From NCBI GenBank assembly GCA_963753345.1, contig CAVWBU010000032.1:64001-128000 (forward strand): a DNA stretch of 64,000 nt. The letters run 5' to 3'. Shown here piece by piece: positions 10,035 to 19,908 of this stretch. The stretch is from an uncultured Fibrobacterota bacterium. Its GTDB lineage: Bacteria; Fibrobacterota; Chitinivibrionia; Chitinivibrionales; FEN-1185. A model generated the notes under the pieces. That model did no database searches. It saw only the letters and a program-made list of their open reading frames with translations, and was not told where the DNA came from. The position numbers and the translations under genes are program-made. The first letter of the stretch is position 1. The number at the start of each line of letters is the position of its first letter.

Positions 10035-12737
10035 ATGCCAACAAGATCATCTACTAATCCCGACAAAAAACTGTATCTCATCGACGGCCACGCCATTGCC
10101 TACCGCGCGTACTACGCGCTTATCAAGAACCCATTGACGGATTCAAAAGGCAGGCCCACGGGCGCGGTGTTCGGGTTTGCAAACTACCTGCTCAAGCTGC
10201 TTGCCGAATATTCGTGTCCGTATGTGGCCGTGGTGTTCGACAGCCCGGTGCCCACGTTCCGCCACGAGCTGTTCAAGGAATACAAGGCGAACCGCGAGGA
10301 AATGCCCGCCGACATGCAGTCGCAGATACCGCTCATCCGCAGGCTGGTGGACGTGTTCAATATTCCTGCCCTCATCCAGCCCGGTCTCGAAGCCGACGAC
10401 ATCATCGCGCATGTCACGACGCGCGCTGCAAAGGACGGGTTCGAGGTGTTCCTTGTCACGCGCGACAAGGACCTCATGCAGCTCGTTGGCCCGAAGGTCC
10501 GCATGCTTGCATTCGAATCGAGCGGCGGCATAGAGGATATCGGCCCCGAACAGGTGAAGGAAAAGCTCGGGGTGCCGCCGGAACAGGTGCGCGACCTTCT
10601 TGCGCTCATGGGCGATGCGTCGGACAACATACCGGGCGTGCCTGGCGTGGGGCCCAAGACCGCACAGAAAATCCTTGAAAAGGCGCACACCATAGACGAT
10701 CTGCTTGCCGATCCTTCGTGCATCGAGAACGAAAAGCTCCGGGCAAAGATCGTCGAGAACAAGGAAACGCTCATCCTGTCCCGCAAGCTCGCGACGCTGC
10801 ACACCGACGTCGGATTCGACCTTAGCCTATCGGACCTTGCCGCGCGTCCTGTTAACAAAAGCGAAGCCGCGGCGTTTTTCAAGGAGCTCGAATTCTCGTC
10901 CCTGCTTTCCCATCCGATGTTTGCGGAGCACAGGAAACTCGATTATCGCGTTACCTTCTGTAAAACCATTGGGGAGCTTGAAGGCTTTGTCGAAAGAATC
11001 GAAAAGGCGAAACTCGTTTCGATCGACACCGAAACCACGAGCCTTGTTCCGCGCGAGGCAACGCTCGTGGGTATTTCGCTCGCGGTTGACAAAACAGACG
11101 CCCTGTATGTGCCGGTGGGCCACACCGCGCCGGAGGGAAATCTTCCCCTTGGCAAAGTCCTCGCCGTGCTGAAACCCGTGATCGAATCCGCCGCAATCGT
11201 CAAGATCGGCCAGAACCTCAAGTACGATTATCAGATATTCAGGAACCTCGGGCTCACGATGGCCGGTATCTCATTCGATGCAATGGTCGCCGGGTATGTA
11301 ATCGATCCCGGCAAGCGCAACTACAGCCTCGACGCCATGGCCGCGCAACTGCTCGGCGTTACCCCAATTCCTATCGAATCGCTTATCGGCAAGGGCGCGA
11401 AACAGAAGAATTTTGCCGAAACAGCAATTGCCGACGCCGCGAACTATTCAGGTGAGGATGTGATTCTCCCGCTGTACCTGAAAGAACTGTTTGAACCCAC
11501 GCTTGAGGAACGCAACCTGATAAAGCTTTTCCGCGATATCGAGATGCCGCTCGTGAGCGTGCTTGCCGACATGGAGTGGGAAGGCGTCTGCATCGACGAG
11601 GTTCTGCTGTCCAGGCTTTCAAGCGAGTACACCAAGCGCCTGTCGGCCATTTCGAAGGACATCTACCGGCTTGCCGGAGAGGAATTCAACCTCAATTCTC
11701 CCAAACAGATATCGGTCGTGCTGTTTGAAAACTTAAAACTGCCGAAATCCAAGAAGACCAAGACCGGCCTGTCCACCGACGTCGACGCCCTGGAGAAACT
11801 GCAGGACAGCCATCCGGTGGTGCCCAAGCTGCTCGAATACCGCGAGGTGCAGAAGCTTTTGTCAACCTACATCGACGCGCTGGGACCGCAGGTGCTCGTG
11901 AAGAGCGGCAGGCTCCACACCACGTTCAACCAGACCATTGCCGCGACCGGCAGGCTGTCGAGCACGAACCCCAACCTCCAGAACATCCCGGTGCGCACCG
12001 ACGCGGGCCGCGCCATCCGCGAGGCGTTTATCGCGCCGGCAGGAAAGGCCATCGTCTCGGCCGATTACTCGCAGATAGACCTTCGCATTCTGGCGCATGT
12101 GTCAAAGGACCGGTTTCTTGCCGACTCGTTCCACGAAGACAAGGACATCCACAGCCAGACCGCGGCGGCCATCTACGGTATCATGCCGGAGCTGGTGACG
12201 CCCGAGATGCGGCGCGCCGCAAAGACCATCAACTTCGGCCTCATGTACGGCATGGGGCCCGTCAACCTGTCGCGCCAGCTCGGCATTTCCTTCAGGGAGG
12301 CCCAGGAATTCATCGACAACTATTTCAAGCAGTTCCCTACCGTCAAGTCGTACATGACGAAAAGCATCGAGGCCGCGCGGGAAAAGGGGTTCTCCGAGAC
12401 CCTGCTCGGCAGGAGGCGCTATTTGCCGGAAATCAACGCCGACAACCGCCAGGTGCGCGAGGCGGCCGAGCGCACCGCGATCAACACGCCCATCCAGGGC
12501 ACCGCGGCCGACATCATCAAGATCGCCATGATCCGCATCAGTAACAACCGCGCGTTGGCGCCATGCCCGTTCACCATGCTCCTGCAGGTCCACGACGAAC
12601 TCGTGTTCGAGGTGAAGGAAGCCGACGCAGACGGCTTTGCGAAATGGGTGTGCGCCATGATGAGCGATGCGTACAAGCTCGACGTGCCGCTCAAGGTGGA
12701 GGCGGGGAAGGGAAGGAATTGGAGTGAGGCGCATTAA
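10035..12737 (+). CDS. polA: DNA polymerase I
   Basis: 5' nuclease (LIDG..AYRAY, GDASDNIPGVPGVG), 3'-5' exonuclease (IDTETT), polymerase motifs SADYSQI, AKTINFG, LQVHDEL. Confidence 0.99.
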   Translation: MPTRSSTNPDKKLYLIDGHAIAYRAYYALIKNPLTDSKGRPTGAVFGFANYLLKLLAEYSCPYVAVVFDSPVPTFRHELFKEYKANREEMPADMQSQIPLIRRLVDVFNIPALIQPGLEADDIIAHVTTRAAKDGFEVFLVTRDKDLMQLVGPKVRMLAFESSGGIEDIGPEQVKEKLGVPPEQVRDLLALMGDASDNIPGVPGVGPKTAQKILEKAHTIDDLLADPSCIENEKLRAKIVENKETLILSRKLATLHTDVGFDLSLSDLAARPVNKSEAAAFFKELEFSSLLSHPMFAEHRKLDYRVTFCKTIGELEGFVERIEKAKLVSIDTETTSLVPREATLVGISLAVDKTDALYVPVGHTAPEGNLPLGKVLAVLKPVIESAAIVKIGQNLKYDYQIFRNLGLTMAGISFDAMVAGYVIDPGKRNYSLDAMAAQLLGVTPIPIESLIGKGAKQKNFAETAIADAANYSGEDVILPLYLKELFEPTLEERNLIKLFRDIEMPLVSVLADMEWEGVCIDEVLLSRLSSEYTKRLSAISKDIYRLAGEEFNLNSPKQISVVLFENLKLPKSKKTKTGLSTDVDALEKLQDSHPVVPKLLEYREVQKLLSTYIDALGPQVLVKSGRLHTTFNQTIAATGRLSSTNPNLQNIPVRTDAGRAIREAFIAPAGKAIVSADYSQIDLRILAHVSKDRFLADSFHEDKDIHSQTAAAIYGIMPELVTPEMRRAAKTINFGLMYGMGPVNLSRQLGISFREAQEFIDNYFKQFPTVKSYMTKSIEAAREKGFSETLLGRRRYLPEINADNRQVREAAERTAINTPIQGTAADIIKIAMIRISNNRALAPCPFTMLLQVHDELVFEVKEADADGFAKWVCAMMSDAYKLDVPLKVEAGKGRNWSEAH

Positions 12738-12826
12738 AGAAGTTGAAGGTTGAAAGTTGAAGGTTGAAAGTGAGGGAGCGAAAAAGGAGAGCGTTCATCA
12801 ATAGTACTTGCTCCTGCTGTCAACTG

Positions 12827-13783
12827 TCAACCGTCAACTGTCAACAATACTTTTAATATTCCCCGCTTCTTCGAATACTCAATCGCCTCCAGGCCTTTCT
12901 CAATCGTAAATTCTTTTGAAATCATTGGTGAAAAATCAGGCTTGTAGGTTTCCAGAAAACGAAGCGCTTCGGAAAAACGTCCGCAGCGCGAACCGACAAC
13001 GGTGATTTCATTGACTACAATGGGGGCGGGGTTGAAAGAAAGGTTCCGCGCGTAGGTGCTCTTGAGAACCAGCGTCCCACGCGGCTTGACGCATTCGATT
13101 GCGGTGGAAAACGCGTCCGGGTTTCCGGAGGCTTCAATCACCACATCGAACTGCTCGTGGTTTAAGTCACTTGACAGGACGGCAGAAATGCCGAGCCTTT
13201 CCATCATTTCAAGCTTTTCAACGTGTCTGCCGACAGCCATGGCTTTGCACGAAACCGTCGCGAGCACATGGGCAATGAGCAGCCCGAGCTTTCCGTCGCC
13301 GATGAGCAGCACCTTCTTGTTCTCAAGCACAACTTGTTCTTTGATTTCGAGCGCTGCGGCCAGGGGCTCGATGAAAATTGCGCTTGTGTCCGGGACGCTG
13401 TCTGGAATCATCACGACATTTCTTGACGGGACGCAGATAGATTCGGCGAATGCGCCGTCGCGGCCCCGTATGCCGATAACGGTCCGATTGGGGCAGTGCC
13501 GCTCCATTCCGCTTTGGCAATAACCGCACTCGCCGCAGCCGCAGTTGATTTCAGCGGTTGCGCGTTTGCCGATGAGACTTTTATCATCGGATTCTTCGAC
13601 AACGCCTACAAACTCGTGGCCGAGTATGCCTTTAAAACCCGGCATGTATCCTGCGAGGATTTCGAGGTCGGTGTTGCAGATGCTGGCCCTTGTAACACGC
13701 GGATCAAGACTTCGCCCTTTGTTACGGATGGGAACAGGCACGTCTGCGAGGCGGAGCGTTCCGTCGAAGTAGAGGGATTTCAT
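12827..13783 (-). CDS. zinc-dependent alcohol dehydrogenase family protein
   Basis: ICNTD, GHEFVG, CGECGYC..HC, IGDGKLG; start placed at MKSLYFDG because the upstream ORF extension is repeat module A. Confidence 0.92.
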   Translation of the reverse strand: MKSLYFDGTLRLADVPVPIRNKGRSLDPRVTRASICNTDLEILAGYMPGFKGILGHEFVGVVEESDDKSLIGKRATAEINCGCGECGYCQSGMERHCPNRTVIGIRGRDGAFAESICVPSRNVVMIPDSVPDTSAIFIEPLAAALEIKEQVVLENKKVLLIGDGKLGLLIAHVLATVSCKAMAVGRHVEKLEMMERLGISAVLSSDLNHEQFDVVIEASGNPDAFSTAIECVKPRGTLVLKSTYARNLSFNPAPIVVNEITVVGSRCGRFSEALRFLETYKPDFSPMISKEFTIEKGLEAIEYSKKRGILKVLLTVDG

Positions 13784-13816
13784 AGTATCCTGAGTTTCGC
13801 TCTTATTCAAACGTGC

Positions 13817-13971
13817 TTGGGCGTTCCCCTCCCCCTCGACAAGCTCGGGGTCGGGTCGGTCTCCCTTCGGGCTCGGCCATGCGGCCTCGTTGCCGGCTGC
13901 CCAAGGCCCTGCGGGCCGTGGTCGGCGGCAATGCGCTCTGGCGCACCCTTCGGTCCACCTAACGCGCGGCA
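13817..13971 (-). repeat. structured repeat module A (locus 4, left end)
   Basis: reverse complement TGCCGCGCGTTAGGTGGACCGAAGGGT...GGGGAACGCCCAA. Confidence 0.85.
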
Positions 13972-14042
13972 AGAGAAGTTTCATCAGTCAATATAATTGC
14001 TCCCGCCATCATGAATTGTCAAGGAACAGAACAGGTCTTCTC

Positions 14043-14566
14043 TTAGAGCTTCATTGCTAATTCCATCAACTCTTTTTCCATCTTGAAATATCGCTTCATC
14101 GCCATTTTCACCGATTCGACTTTTTCTTTTTCCATTTTCCTTCGTGCTAATATCTCGCTAAACCGTTCTTCAAGCGTCACCACCCGGTCCTTGACGCGCG
14201 CGTCCGCGTACGCGACGATCTTGTTTTCCAGCGTGCGCGGCAGAAAAGATTCGTTTGGTGATCCACGCAGTACCGAAAGCTCGTACATGCTCCCGTGCAT
14301 CACGATGGCCGCGAGGTCGGAAAGGCCTTCCTTTTTCAATATATTGATGGAATTGATTTCATGATCCCCCTTTCTCCTCTTCCGATATCATGCAGAAGGG
14401 CCGCGATGCGGACCTTTTCGGGGTTTACATCAAGGGATGGACGCAAGTCATGGATCTTTATTGCGAGGTCAAATGCAAAAGCGGAGACTTTCCTTGAATG
14501 CTCGATGCGGGATTTGTCAAGGCCGTATGTTCTAAGAAGAGCGAGTGCTTGACGATAAGTAACCAT
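14043..14566 (-). CDS. HD-domain (HDIG) phosphohydrolase, frameshifted near 14365
   Basis: IEHSRKV..AALLHDIGR in one frame; H..TLENKIVAYADARV in the next; the break is in an A/G homopolymer run. Confidence 0.8.
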
Positions 14567-14742
14567 AAGTATCAAATGAAAAGTGATGCACGGGCTTGGG
14601 TGTTCCAATTCCTAACATTAATCCGGCTCTGCTGGCGATCTCTCGTGGTGCCCCCCCCCGCAGCCGGCGTATCGCTTGCAATGACATATTGACTTGTATT
14701 GATCACGATGTCGGCTTGATTCCCGGGCCCGGCCAGCTATCG

Positions 14743-14874
14743 CTCGTGGGTGCCGCCGCAGCGAAGTATGGTCTTGCAGCTATTTTGTCAAGGCGGCCAC
14801 CCAGGAGGGGGTAGCGGAGGACAGCCGCAGGCCGAAGGCCGAGGAGGCCGTAGCGAGGGGGAGACTTCCCCCAC
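14743..14874 (+). repeat. structured repeat module B (locus 4, right end)
   Basis: full B consensus; a partial extra B 5' end at about 14641-14697. Confidence 0.85.
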
Positions 14875-14882
14875 TTGAAAAT

Positions 14883-16246
14883 CTATTTTTTAAAAAATTC
14901 CTGATACAATGTATTCACCGCCTTCGTCTCATCCGACGCGTCAATGCCGAATATCATGCTTATTTCCGAGCTTCCCTGGTTGCACATTTTGATGTTGACG
15001 CCTGCCTTGGACAGCGCCGCCGCGGCCTGCGCCAGTACGCCGATCTTGTGCAGCAGGCCTTCGCCCACCACGGCCACCAGCGCGATGCCGAACTCCGACT
15101 TGATGTCGTCGGGATGGAGCGTGTCGTCGATCTGGCGGATGATGTTGTTGACGTCCTCGGGCTTGAGCTGGTTCTGGTCGAGGATGATGGAGATGTTGTC
15201 CACGCCCGAAGGGCAGTGCTCGTACGAGAGGTTGAGGTCCTCCAGAATAGAGAGGAGCCGCCGCACGAACCCCTTCTCGCGGTTCATGAGGAATTTCTGC
15301 AATGTAAAGCTGCAGTAGCCGCCGCCGCTGGCGATGCCGGTCACGTCGCGCTGGCTGGGCAGCCGCTCCGATACGATGAGCGTGCCCGGGTTGTCGAGGT
15401 TGAAGGTGTTGCGCAGCCGGATGGGGATCTTTTTCCGCATCACCGGGCGCACGGCCTCCTCGTGCAGCACGTTGAAGCCGATGTAGGAGAGCTCGCGCAT
15501 TTCCTTGTAGGTGAGCGCCGGGATCTGGAGCGGGTTCTCCACGGCGTTGGGGTTGGCCGAGAAGATCCCGTCGACGTCGGTCCAGTTCTCGTATTCCACT
15601 GCGTCAAGGGCCTCGGCCAGGATCGAGCCCGTGAGGTCCGAGCCGCCGCGGGAGAACGTGACCACGTCACCCTCGCGCGTAACGCCGAAGAACCCCGGGA
15701 ACACCACGATATGCTGGGAGCAGATTTTCTTGAGGCCCGCAAGCTTGAGCGAGATTTCGCTCAAGGGCTGAGCGTCGCCGAAACTGGGGGTCACGATCAT
15801 GCCCGCGTCCTTCGGCGAGACGTACAGCGCCTTCCTGCCGATGTGCTTGAGGTATTCGGCGAACAGCCGGGCATTGACGTCTTCCCCTCCCGCAACCACG
15901 AGGTCGCGGAACTTGCCCGGATGCTCCTTGGGCGCGGAGATCCGGGTGTCGAAATCGTCGAGCACCGCCTCGATGATGTCTTTCTTCACGCCGAGCGGTT
16001 CGTAGATGCCGCGGAAGCGGTTCTTGACGTCGCCGATCTCCGGCGAGGCGTCCTTGCCGGAAAGCGCCTTGGCGGTCGCCTTGATGAGAAGATCGGTGAC
16101 CTTGACGGAAACACCTTTTGCCTTTCCCGGCGCCGAGACCACCACGCAGCGCCTGGTGGGTTTGAGCTCGAGGATCTTCGCAATCTGATGCAGGGTCTCT
16201 TGGTCGCAACCGATGTTCCGCCGAACTTGCACACGATGAATTCCAT
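14883..16246 (-). CDS. lysC: aspartate kinase (frameshift near 16200)
   Basis: MEFIVCKFGGTSVA start; VVVSAPGK, FSRGGSDLTG, WTDVDG; ACT domain QGSSEISM. Confidence 0.93.
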
Positions 16247-16263
16247 GAAACCGTCTCCGTTTG

Positions 16264-17243
16264 TTAAGGTACGGCCGCGGGCGCGGGCTTGCCGCGCTGC
16301 CTTCGCTGGTATTCCGTGGGCGTGAGCGCCTCGTGCCGCTTGAATGCGCGCGTAAACGAATTCGCGTTCGGGTAGCCCACCGCCGATGCGATGTCCGCCA
16401 CCGGAACGGCGTTTTTTTCGAGCAGGTGTTTCGCGTGTTCCATGCGGACATCGACCAAGTATTTGTACAGCGTTTTTCCCGTTTCCCGGAAGAAGATCAG
16501 ATTAAGATAATTGATGTCGACCCCGCACTCGCGCGCAAGCGCATCCTGGCGGTGAAGCGAACCGTAGTTGAGCCGCATATGGCTGATCGCCTTTGCCACG
16601 AGGCTCTTCTGCTTGTTTTTTGGAAACTGGCTTTCCTCGATGACAAGAATCCCCTTGCCGAGCAGGACAACGAGGATTTCCAAAATGCGCGACATGGACG
16701 CGAGGCCCAGCATTTCCCGATGGTGCGCGATCACGCGGATGCAGTCGAACACGAGGTTCTCGAAATAGAGCCTGTCGTTTCCGTCAAGCACCGCCCTTCC
16801 CTCGACTTCGGAGTTCCAGTAGCACTTCGCCTGGTGTGACGGCAGCAGGGAAAACTCCATGAGGAAGCATTCGAACGGCCCTTTCTGGTGGAGGTAGGCG
16901 TGCCGCTCGCCGATGTCCATCACGCCGAGCAGCCCGGGCCTGGCGCTGCCGAAGGTATTGCGCGTCGCGTTCTGGAGTATTCCCGTGCCGTCAACCTGGT
17001 ACCAGAGCCGGTAGCAGTCCTGCTGGAACCGGAGCATGGTGTCGGGGGTGCCGGCGGGCATGGAAGGTTCCTGAGGTAATCGAGGCGCCCGATCGCGATC
17101 TTCACCCTGGGCAATTCGACGACAACGCCCTGCGGCATCCACGACGAAAGGCCGTTAAACGTCTCGAATCCCGGGTATTGCGGGTGCGGCACGATCGCCG
17201 ACGCCTTGAACCCGGAAAGGATTTCGTGTCGGGTCTGGAGCAT
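16264..17243 (-). CDS. AraC-family transcriptional regulator (probable frameshift near 17070)
   Basis: C-terminal double HTH: RMEHAKHLL..VADIASAVGY.NANSFTRAFKRHEALTPTEY; N-terminus in ORF 16920-17243. Confidence 0.85.
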
Positions 17244-17305
17244 GAAGTAAAAAAATACATTTTACGCGCAAGCGCGGGCAGCCGGACGTTGCCGCACGGG
17301 CGGAA

Positions 17306-17590
17306 TCAGAGCAGCATTTTGATGAACCCGGCAAGGGCGAGGACAAGGAGGGTCGCCGCGACCACAGCGATCCATGAGACCTTCCGCTTTGCTGTTCCGG
17401 CGGTTCCGAATTCCCGCTCGCGGAGATCTTCGTAGTCAACGTCGTCGTCGAGGTCTATTCCGTCAAGGTAGGTTTTGTCGCTCCAGCCGGTGCGCTCGTC
17501 CGAGCCGCAATGCGGGCAGGCCTTGGCGCCGACACGTACTTCACCATTGCAGACGGGGCAGGTAAATGTTTTATTTGTTTTTTCTTTCAT
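17306..17590 (-). CDS. zinc-ribbon membrane protein
   Basis: CPVC..CPHCGSDERTGW, acidic linker, C-terminal TM helix. Confidence 0.8.
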   Translation of the reverse strand: MKEKTNKTFTCPVCNGEVRVGAKACPHCGSDERTGWSDKTYLDGIDLDDDVDYEDLREREFGTAGTAKRKVSWIAVVAATLLVLALAGFIKMLL

Positions 17591-17607
17591 TATAAATAAA
17601 ATAATTC

Positions 17608-17746
17608 TTGGTGGGGGAGGTATCCCCCTGGCCCCAAGCCTCCTCGTCCAGCGGGACTGCGGGGTCTTGGGGCACACCCCCTCGTGGGTAGCCCCCAAGG
17701 GAGTTGGTTGGCAAGAAAGAAACCTCGCTTGCGGGGGCACCGAGAA
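17608..17746 (-). repeat. structured repeat module B' (locus 5, no A partner seen)
   Basis: TTGGTGGGGGAGGTATCCCCCT..CACACCCCCTCGTGGGTAGCCCCC..GCGGGGGCACCGAGAA, as at 7624 and 30896. Confidence 0.85.
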
Positions 17747-17829
17747 GGATTGTTGATTGATGATTGCGAAATGCGGATTGAGGATGAATCCGCAATCTAC
17801 ATTCTACAATCTACAATTCTAGGGGCCTT

Positions 17830-18771
17830 CTAGACCGCTTCCAGCTTCTTGACGGACGTGTTATCCGCGAACACCCGAATCACATTGCAATATGCCCACG
17901 CTCCGTATATCCCGCAGGTGATGACGGTGAGCAGTATCTGCGCCCAGACGGTCTTCCAGACATCGAAATACTTGAAGCCGGCGTTGAATGAGCAGCCGCC
18001 GGAATCCTGCTTTCGGGCAACGGTCCTGTTCATGAAATAGGCATAGATCTTTGCAAGCGCAACAGGATAGTAGATGCCGAGGGTGATTATGGTCAGGAGA
18101 ATCTGCAGCAGTATCATGCCCATCGACGGGAGCGCCTGCGTCTCCCATCGTATCGAGTAGCCCCTGTACCCTGCGTTGACCAACCATTTGTAAACGAAGT
18201 ACATGTACGGTATCAGAATGAGAACCACGACGGCCTGGGTAACAACCGCGAACCAGATGTTCCCGGCAAAACCTTTTATGATTAATGGAATTGCAACTGA
18301 ACAGAGAAGCATGGGGAGGATCAGCGTGGCGAGAAGCAGGCCGAACAGATGGAGCCCCTTTCCATTGAAGCTCAGGGGGGTGTTTTGAAAGGACGTTCTG
18401 CCGGCCAGGTATTTGAGCAGCCTTGTCGCATACCACGGAGCATAGATGCCTAGGGTGATCAGCGAAAGCAGGCCCCTGCCGATGTTGAGAAGAACGAATT
18501 CGCCGGTTTTTCCTGAGTAGGTAAACGGCTGGTCGTTAAGGCAGACCCCGCGAATGATTTTTCTCAGAATGGGCGTTGCGAGGAAGAGGATTGCAAGGAT
18601 CATCACAACCATGAGGCAGAAGATCGCCAGCAGGTTGGACATATTTCCGGGATCTTCCTTCATTGCCCTTGCAAGCAGCTGCATCGCCACGACCGGAACA
18701 AAGTAAAACACTATGACCGCCAGGTAGAGTCCGAACCAATCCGAGCCTTTGAGCTTAAAGGAAAAATTCAT
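17830..18771 (-). CDS. YjgN/DUF898-family inner-membrane protein
   Basis: repeated LLSLITLGIYAPW / LLTIITLGIYYP / LLTVITCGIYGAW and F.F.G motifs. Confidence 0.85.
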   Translation of the reverse strand: MNFSFKLKGSDWFGLYLAVIVFYFVPVVAMQLLARAMKEDPGNMSNLLAIFCLMVVMILAILFLATPILRKIIRGVCLNDQPFTYSGKTGEFVLLNIGRGLLSLITLGIYAPWYATRLLKYLAGRTSFQNTPLSFNGKGLHLFGLLLATLILPMLLCSVAIPLIIKGFAGNIWFAVVTQAVVVLILIPYMYFVYKWLVNAGYRGYSIRWETQALPSMGMILLQILLTIITLGIYYPVALAKIYAYFMNRTVARKQDSGGCSFNAGFKYFDVWKTVWAQILLTVITCGIYGAWAYCNVIRVFADNTSVKKLEAV

Positions 18772-18796
18772 GGTGTCCTCCCTTTGTGACGGTGAG

Positions 18797-19846
18797 TTAC
18801 TTTTTTGAACAAGCGAAATTGTTTTCCAAGTTTTTCCGTGTGTGCCAACTTGATGACGGCCGATTATCTCTGTCAACCGCATTGATCCGCCCAACGAGCG
18901 ATTTCAGCCGCGGGTCGGAACCGATCTCCTCTTCAAACGGGTTTCCGTTCTGCCACCCTGTTTTCCCGGTCTTCCGGAACCGTTCCAGCCTTCTTATCGC
19001 GATTTCGCAGTAGACAGGATCGGAATCAACGGTGCGGCAGCAGCGGTTGTTCATCTCCGCCGAAAGGAGCGTTGAGCCGGAATGGCAGAAGAAGTCGACG
19101 ATAAGGTCGCCTTTCTTCGAGCTCGCCCGTATGATGCGTTCGGCGGACGCAAGCGGCTTCTGCGCGTAGCAGCCGTTCACGTTTTCTTCCATTCTGTAAA
19201 AGACCTGCTGGATATCGACCCAGACATTGCCGGCGCGGATGGTGGAGGATTTGCTCCGCTCCAGGTTCTCTTTCACCGCGCCGTTCACTTTTTTGTAATA
19301 CCCGCGCAGGATTTTCGGGATGCCGGTGTACTCGGCGTCCGGGTTGAAAACCGGATCGCCCTTGACGTAGTAGAGCAACTCCTGCCGCACCGCCATCCAG
19401 TTGCGCTGCGTGCCGTAGCCCCGCTGGTTGCGCATGGTGATGAAACTGCGGGCCCTAAAGGGCGTCTCGCGCATCATGATCATGAAGTCCGGCAGCGGCT
19501 GAAAGCCGCTTTTCTGGTCGGCGCCGAGCCACACGTACAGGGAACTATTGTCTGTCAAGGCATGGTCCGTGGCGTCGATCCACGTTTTGCACCACCGGAC
19601 AAACGCCCGCACATCCCGTCGTTCAAAGGCGGCGAGGTTGTAGGGCGGGTCCAAAATCGCGCATACGGCCTTTTTGCCGCCCATCAGTTTGTCAATGTCG
19701 GCCCGGCATCCCGCGTCCAGACAGCCTATCCGGTGCTTCCCAAGCGGGTCGTCCCAGATTTCGCCGCGTTTGAGCCTTGCGTGCGCACGGAGGAGATTTC
19801 CGAGCTCGGGATTTTTGTCCAGTCTGGGGAGGGGAAGGTTTTTCAT
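18797..19846 (-). CDS. orphan site-specific DNA methyltransferase (N6/N4, beta-type motif order)
   Basis: catalytic DPPY precedes QKP..RII..SS..GD.IVDFFCHSGST (SAM-binding motif). Confidence 0.9.
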   Translation of the reverse strand: MKNLPLPRLDKNPELGNLLRAHARLKRGEIWDDPLGKHRIGCLDAGCRADIDKLMGGKKAVCAILDPPYNLAAFERRDVRAFVRWCKTWIDATDHALTDNSSLYVWLGADQKSGFQPLPDFMIMMRETPFRARSFITMRNQRGYGTQRNWMAVRQELLYYVKGDPVFNPDAEYTGIPKILRGYYKKVNGAVKENLERSKSSTIRAGNVWVDIQQVFYRMEENVNGCYAQKPLASAERIIRASSKKGDLIVDFFCHSGSTLLSAEMNNRCCRTVDSDPVYCEIAIRRLERFRKTGKTGWQNGNPFEEEIGSDPRLKSLVGRINAVDRDNRPSSSWHTRKNLENNFACSKK

Positions 19847-19908
19847 TATGCCGGCTCGACCTGTTGCTCCGCAGTCAACTTACAACCCTCAACTGTCAAC
19901 AAAGATAT

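Noticed and set aside
13784..13984. N-terminal ORF extensions (ADH, zinc-ribbon 17591-17740, AlkD-like 36608-36688) and short ORFs over the modules (e.g. 4917-5186, 7520-7918, 30787-31422)
   Set aside because: They are read-through of GC-rich non-coding modules A/B; reading frames are not conserved between copies.
15048..16325. Long antisense ORFs (also 19082-19957, 22219-23412, 26921-28102, 49998-51371)
   Set aside because: They are shadow frames of well-supported genes in GC-rich DNA, with no protein motifs.
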